DNA from: Gemmatimonadales bacterium
GTDB lineage: Bacteria > Gemmatimonadota > Gemmatimonadetes > Gemmatimonadales > GWC2-71-9
Direction of reading: 5' to 3'
Assembly (NCBI GenBank): GCA_044229445.1
Contig: JBGASX010000010.1
Coordinates: 1,106 to 65,105 of the forward strand
DNA: 64,000 bases
The notes under the pieces were generated by a model that made no database searches, was not told the DNA's origin, and saw only the letters and a list, made by a program, of their open reading frames with translations. The translations under genes and the position numbers were made by a program. Below are positions 60,001 to 64,000 of this stretch, piece by piece (the stretch's first letter is position 1; every line of letters begins with the position of its first letter).

Positions 60001-61477
60001 CCTCGGCGCGGGTTTCGGGCAGGTCCCCGTCGCGATGGCGGAGCAGTCCCTGGTAGGTCACGTCGTGCCACGGTCCCCGCAGCACGCCCGCCAGGGCCAT
60101 GCGGCCGCGCAGTTCCACCCCGGGCGTGATCCGGTGGACAGTGCGCAGATCCACGTCGCCGTCGGTCACGACCATGGTGTCGAAGATCGTGCCCTCGGCG
60201 CCCCCCAGGATCAGGTGTCCGGTGCCGGCGAGGTGCGACGTCGCGCCCCCCTCGACCAGCGCATCGCGGAAGATCACATCGGCGTCGATATCGATCCCGT
60301 CCTTGAAGCCGGCGCCGTCCAGCCGACCATCCAGGGTTCCCTGCAGCGGGAGGGTGTCCAGGTAGGGCCGCGGCACGTCGAGGTCGAGGCGGGTCAGGTT
60401 GAGCGCCATGTCCTCGACCCCGAGACCACGATGGGAGTCGACGAGCGCGGTGACGTGACCCGCGATCCTCCCCTTCGGACCCTGCACATCGAGTTCGGTG
60501 AGCGTGTAGGCCGTCAGCTGTTCGGAACGGGAGCGCGCCGTGATCAGCGCGCGTCCGGTCATCTCCGGGAGATCGGGCGACACCCAGTCGAGGTCGCGCA
60601 GGTTGAGCCGCGGTGCGGTCAGCGAGAAATCATAGAGCACGGGGCCGTTGGGCCAGGTGACGACGCCGCCACCCGAGAGGCGGCTGTCGGGCAGCGCGGC
60701 CCGGTGAATCGTGAAGCCGAGGCTGTCGTCGTGGGTCCAGGCGTGGGCAGCCAGATCGACGACGGTGATCGCCGGATCGCTGATGCGGGTGGAGAGCGAG
60801 TCGATGTCGAAGGTGAGCGGCGTATGCTCCGGCGTGCTGATCTGGAGGAGCGGCAGCCGCACGTTGAGCGCCTGCAGTTCCGTCACCCGCCGCAGTCCGT
60901 CCGGCGTCTCGAGCACCACCCGCCCGGGCTTCTCCCGGTCGGCCGCGAGCGCGGCGGCCACCTGGGAGGGGGTGCGCGCCGTGTCAGGCGGATTCCAGGG
61001 CAGTCGCAGCTCGATGCGGCCGCGCCGCGCCCGGAGATCGTGGACCTCGATGAGCGGCGAGGCCCCGCCCGGGGGCCCCTCGCCCAGGCGGAAGATCTCC
61101 TGGTAGTTGAGCCGGCCGTTCGCGCGCTTGACCACCCGGATGTCCGGCGCATCGAGTTCGGCATGGCTGAACACGATCCGCCCGGCAAGCAGATTGGGCA
61201 GGGCGTACCGCACCAGAATCCGGTCCACGGAAGCGAAGGTCTGGCCGGCGGAGTCGCGGATGACGACGCTGTCGAGCTGCAGCGAACTCAGGAAGGTGCC
61301 GCTCACCCGCGACATCTCGAAGCCGCCGCGGAAATGCCCGGAAAGGATTTCGCCGGCCAGCCGGGCGAGCAGGCGCGTGCCGGCACCGGTGTACATCACC
61401 GCGGTCGCGGTCCCGAGCACCGCCGGCACCAGTGCCAGCAGGAACGCCGCCGAGAACCGGCCGAGGTGGCGCCGCAT
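57050..61477 (-). CDS. tamB: Translocation and assembly module TamB/AsmA-like protein
   Basis: 1475 aa with an N-terminal TM, a beta-rich body and a DUF490-like C-terminus (LSQTELVSYLMF); adjacent to an Omp85 gene. Confidence 0.85.
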   Translation of the reverse strand: MRRHLGRFSAAFLLALVPAVLGTATAVMYTGAGTRLLARLAGEILSGHFRGGFEMSRVSGTFLSSLQLDSVVIRDSAGQTFASVDRILVRYALPNLLAGRIVFSHAELDAPDIRVVKRANGRLNYQEIFRLGEGPPGGASPLIEVHDLRARRGRIELRLPWNPPDTARTPSQVAAALAADREKPGRVVLETPDGLRRVTELQALNVRLPLLQISTPEHTPLTFDIDSLSTRISDPAITVVDLAAHAWTHDDSLGFTIHRAALPDSRLSGGGVVTWPNGPVLYDFSLTAPRLNLRDLDWVSPDLPEMTGRALITARSRSEQLTAYTLTELDVQGPKGRIAGHVTALVDSHRGLGVEDMALNLTRLDLDVPRPYLDTLPLQGTLDGRLDGAGFKDGIDIDADVIFRDALVEGGATSHLAGTGHLILGGAEGTIFDTMVVTDGDVDLRTVHRITPGVELRGRMALAGVLRGPWHDVTYQGLLRHRDGDLPETRAEGTATLDTRQEMLVFSTRLNFDSLSFDGIRPSYPGIPVQGAVRGLVAVEGTTERFHVVSSVQGGLGALALQGTIVRDSLALQAESLTARFASLDLALVRGTGPHTRLSGTMSADGRLDSLAGPSGALGIDLSQGRAFDFTLDTLHLRLRGEAGYVVVDTLTAGWPSGQMAGNGRLAWRGADDRQIHVEFVADSLLPFEDIVNRYAGPPADTIVAKQRLQGRVSGELELSGNAQDPRLLIRARGEELSWRGTRSPALAFAFGWKRAARPEIGAALRADTVVAGSWAAQEVNLVAAGFEDSLHWSGGAQFGNMAGLTAGGEWWLPPDSASVLALDSAIATLPRHEWRLRDRATIVQRGGRFDLSPIALDATDGSGSLHLTGSVPRTAPGALTVSALGVDLNDVYALLELDTTGVAGTVQVDLEVGGTAAKPTLRGTGTLSDLAFGDLGSPFVQGVIDYADKRLDANLLLWKTGEPVLRLEAQLPLDLALQSVPHRQVEGPLSVRAIADSTDLAVAEAFTRNLRRVRGMLRANVEVGGTWEHPRLGGNVEILGASASVPGLGVTYSAVNARAHLSGDSITIDTLTARSGEGTLRVSGGLRLDQLTRPVLDLTLRAQRFRAIDARRFVTLDASGTVRLTGPIWQAHLGGRVTADAGNLHFADLLTKRIVDLENPGDSGLIDLDLVRTEKLGANFQSRFLDSLTIDNLQVQMGENFWLRSSEANIQLDGNLTVNKIRDRYRYDGTLNAVRGNYALRLGGFVTVDFTVERGTVRYFGTPDLNADLDIEAKHVVTDIESNEDIPVIAKITGTMLQPKLELTSTPTPQRPSLSQTELVSYLMFRRPTFSLQGQGNQSSQYAAVQAGLSYLSSALSSELQRTLISDLGVPIDFIDIRTGGAGTSGLSSQSGSAQVAQVAAGWQIGRRWFVTLVADLCTNAQRFYPSAEFRISRALRLKASVEPAYSCQAAVINPALSTNKYQVGLDVLWEREY

Positions 61478-63600
61478 CAGAACGGCTGCCCGAAGCTGAA
61501 GTGATAGGTCAGACGGCTCTTCCGCTGCTGCACGAAATCGGGCCGCAACAGGGTCAGGCTGTTGTTGAGCTGCAGGTAGAGCGCACCGGGGGGCTGATCG
61601 TAGCCATTGTAGGCGACGTCGAACCGCGCCGGGCCGAGCGGGGTGCTCAGGCGGAGGCCCACCCCCGGGGTCACCCGCACGCGCACCGGCGCGAGATTGG
61701 TCTTGCCCCGCTCGTAGAGCGTCCCCGCATCGACGAAGAGGGCCAGCCGGAGCCGCTCGCCCCAGATCGGCGCCGGAATGCGCAGCTCCAGCTGGCCGAC
61801 GGCGAGGGTGTTGCCGCCGGTCGCGGAGAACCGGGGGCGGATATTGCCCGAATCCACCTGCGCCAGGGTGCGCGCGCCGGTCACGTCGAGCGTGTCGACG
61901 GCATTGACGACGTAGACGACCGGGCCGAGCTCATTGCGATCGTAGCCCCGCACATCGTTGGGGCCGCCGGCATAGAAGCGCTGATCGGGCGGAATGAAGT
62001 TGCCGCTCGCGCTGTCGAGCGACACGCGCGGCGCGAAGATCGCCCCGCCCCGGAGGTGCCAGCTCAGCACGGTGCCGCCGGAGCCGATGGTCTGATACCA
62101 GGCCACATCCCCCGTCAGGCGGGTGAAGCTCTGCAGCGCCGCCGAACCGGTGAACCGGGAGCTGTGACTGACGTCGAAGGCGTAGAGATGCCCGCGGCTC
62201 GGATCGAGTGGATTGTTCTGCCGGGGCCAGGACACCCCGGCGGTCACGATGCCGAGCAGCCGCTTCTGCCGGAGCCGCACGGCATCCTGGGGCGAGCAGG
62301 CGTTGAAGAAGGCGCAGAACGTCGCCGCGGAGGCCTCGGTCGCGCCGTAGGAGAGCCGGTAGGCCAGGGACATCGGGACCCGTCGCACCGTCTCGCGGGT
62401 GAGCGCAAGGCTGGTACCGACTTCCTCCCGGCGATAAATCTCGAATTCGCTGCGCCGTTCGGCGAAGACGCTGAAGGTCCCGGTGATCGTCGGGGTGAAG
62501 AAGCGTGGCTGGCGCACCGCGGCGGTGACGTTGTAGTTCGCCTTCGAGGAACCGATCGTATCGCTGCGCAGACTCTTGCAGAGCGAGTTGTCCAGCCCGA
62601 AATCGAACGGCCGTCCGACGCCGACCTTCGACACCCGCGCCGAGAGATCGAAGAGACGGCCGGTATTGAACAGGTTGCGGCTGGTCCACCCCGCGCCGCC
62701 CCGGAAGCAGTCGTTGGTCGCAAAGCCGAGGCTGCTGCGAATCCGGTGGGCCCGGCCCTCGGAGACCAGCACCGCCATCGGGACCACTGCGCTGTCCGCC
62801 TGATACCGGGACGAGTCGATGGTGACCGTCGCGAGGCGGAAGAGTTCGGTCTGGTAGAGCTTGCGCTGGCTCTGGAAGATGTCCTGCTGCGCGAACGGCT
62901 CGCCCGGACGGGTCGAGAGCAGCTGACGGATAAAGGTTGTGTCGACCTTGGTCGCCCCCTCGACGCGGATCGGCCCGAAGACCGAATACCGGCCGGGAGC
63001 CACATCGAGCGAGACGGTCGCCGAGCGCTTCTCGCGGTCGACCGCATAGTTGCGGAAGACCTCGGCCGCCGGATAGCCGCGGTTGCGGAGCCGCGCGATG
63101 ATCGAGTCGGCGCTGGCCTGGAAGAGAAAGCGGTTGAACGGCGCGCCCTCGCGCAGCGGCAGATCGACGGCGAGATCCCGCGCGTCGGCGATGGTATCCA
63201 GCCCGGTCACCTTCATCGAGTGGACCACGATCGGCGGACCCTCGGTGATCAGGAAGCGGAGGTGGATGTCCCGCCCCGATCGCCGCACCAGGGTGTCGAC
63301 CTTCACTTCCATGAATCCGCTCTGCCGGTAGAACAGCGTCAGGCGGAGCACGTCTCGGCGGAATTCGACCGGGTCGAAATAGCGCTTCTCCCCGAGCCCC
63401 AGCCACCGCACGAACCATTTGCGGGCAAACCAGCTGGAATTGGTGGTGCCGATCGCGATGCTGAGGGTATAGTCCGGAATCGCGTGGTTGCCGTCGAAGG
63501 CGAGGCTCCGCACCACCGGCGCCGGCTCCTGCGCGGCGGCAGGGATGGCGGCGCCGAGCAGCGCCGGGATCAGCGCAAAGGCGGCGAAACGACGCGTCAC
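61477..63600 (-). CDS. tamA: TamA/BamA-family outer membrane protein (POTRA + barrel)
   Basis: POTRA repeats, RFYAGGPNDVRGY, FVDAG, TPLGPARFDVAY, C-terminal FGQPF. Confidence 0.88.
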   Translation of the reverse strand: MTRRFAAFALIPALLGAAIPAAAQEPAPVVRSLAFDGNHAIPDYTLSIAIGTTNSSWFARKWFVRWLGLGEKRYFDPVEFRRDVLRLTLFYRQSGFMEVKVDTLVRRSGRDIHLRFLITEGPPIVVHSMKVTGLDTIADARDLAVDLPLREGAPFNRFLFQASADSIIARLRNRGYPAAEVFRNYAVDREKRSATVSLDVAPGRYSVFGPIRVEGATKVDTTFIRQLLSTRPGEPFAQQDIFQSQRKLYQTELFRLATVTIDSSRYQADSAVVPMAVLVSEGRAHRIRSSLGFATNDCFRGGAGWTSRNLFNTGRLFDLSARVSKVGVGRPFDFGLDNSLCKSLRSDTIGSSKANYNVTAAVRQPRFFTPTITGTFSVFAERRSEFEIYRREEVGTSLALTRETVRRVPMSLAYRLSYGATEASAATFCAFFNACSPQDAVRLRQKRLLGIVTAGVSWPRQNNPLDPSRGHLYAFDVSHSSRFTGSAALQSFTRLTGDVAWYQTIGSGGTVLSWHLRGGAIFAPRVSLDSASGNFIPPDQRFYAGGPNDVRGYDRNELGPVVYVVNAVDTLDVTGARTLAQVDSGNIRPRFSATGGNTLAVGQLELRIPAPIWGERLRLALFVDAGTLYERGKTNLAPVRVRVTPGVGLRLSTPLGPARFDVAYNGYDQPPGALYLQLNNSLTLLRPDFVQQRKSRLTYHFSFGQPF

Positions 63601-63719
63601 AAAATCAGACAGAGCTATAGGCCTCGCACCGGGGGCGCGGAAGATTTGACGACATGGTCCAAGTGCTGTAGGATGGCGGGGTTACATCACATAGTCAACG
63701 CTGCGGAAGCGGGGTCACA

Positions 63720-64000
63720 TTGAAGCGTACAATTGCCGTCTTTTCAGTCCTGGCTGCGCTGGCCGCGCCGCTCAACGCTCAGCTGTCCAAGGCCGCGGTT
63801 CGCCAGCTCGATTCCCTGCTCGATGCGCCGCCTTTCAACCGCAACCTGTGGGGCGTCGCGCTCGTGGACGAGCAGGGTCGGCTTCTGTACGGCAGGAACG
63901 CCGACAAGCTCTTCATCCCCGCCAGCAATACGAAGCTGGTCGTCACGACAGTCGCTTCGGCGCTGCTCGCCCCCGACTGGACCGTGCGCACGAGTCTCTA
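63720..64000 (+). CDS. dacB: D-alanyl-D-alanine carboxypeptidase/endopeptidase (PBP4, S13 family), truncated by the window end
   Basis: Manual translation from TTG 63720 gives a signal peptide, then WGVALVD..NADKLFIPASNTKL (SxxK)..WTVRTSL. Confidence 0.85.
   Translation, partial: MKRTIAVFSVLAALAAPLNAQLSKAAVRQLDSLLDAPPFNRNLWGVALVDEQGRLLYGRNADKLFIPASNTKLVVTTVASALLAPDWTVRTSL

Overview
High-GC bacterial chromosomal window, densely coding. Gene content and order suggest Gemmatimonadota (inference, not a database result). It is mostly core and envelope genes: TonB-dependent receptor (partial), NtrY/NtrX-like two-component pair, argR, PBP1A, tyrS, mscL, an LPS/glycosyltransferase cluster with MsbA, a PorX-like REC-PglZ protein and WaaF, yebC-ruvCAB-queA-tgt-yajC-def-fmt-tenI/thiE-thiS-thiG-rsmB-PASTA-rpe-tlpA-tsaD-lgt, a cytochrome c-FTR1 iron permease, acpS, a second two-component pair, tamB/tamA and dacB (partial). 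I saw no mobile element, CRISPR array, rRNA or tRNA. The standout signal is the lgt-FTR1 intergenic region (44888-45315). It contains an AT-rich array of repeated operator-like sites, a canonical sigma54 -24/-12 promoter, and a ~250-nt highly structured candidate non-coding RNA with two tandem homologous domains that show compensatory base changes, ending in an intrinsic terminator. Other notable items are two unannotated Cys-rich microproteins, a patatin-ferredoxin fusion, a DnaB motor-only paralog, a degenerate enhancer-binding protein, inverted heptamer repeats and widespread leaderless-promoter signatures.
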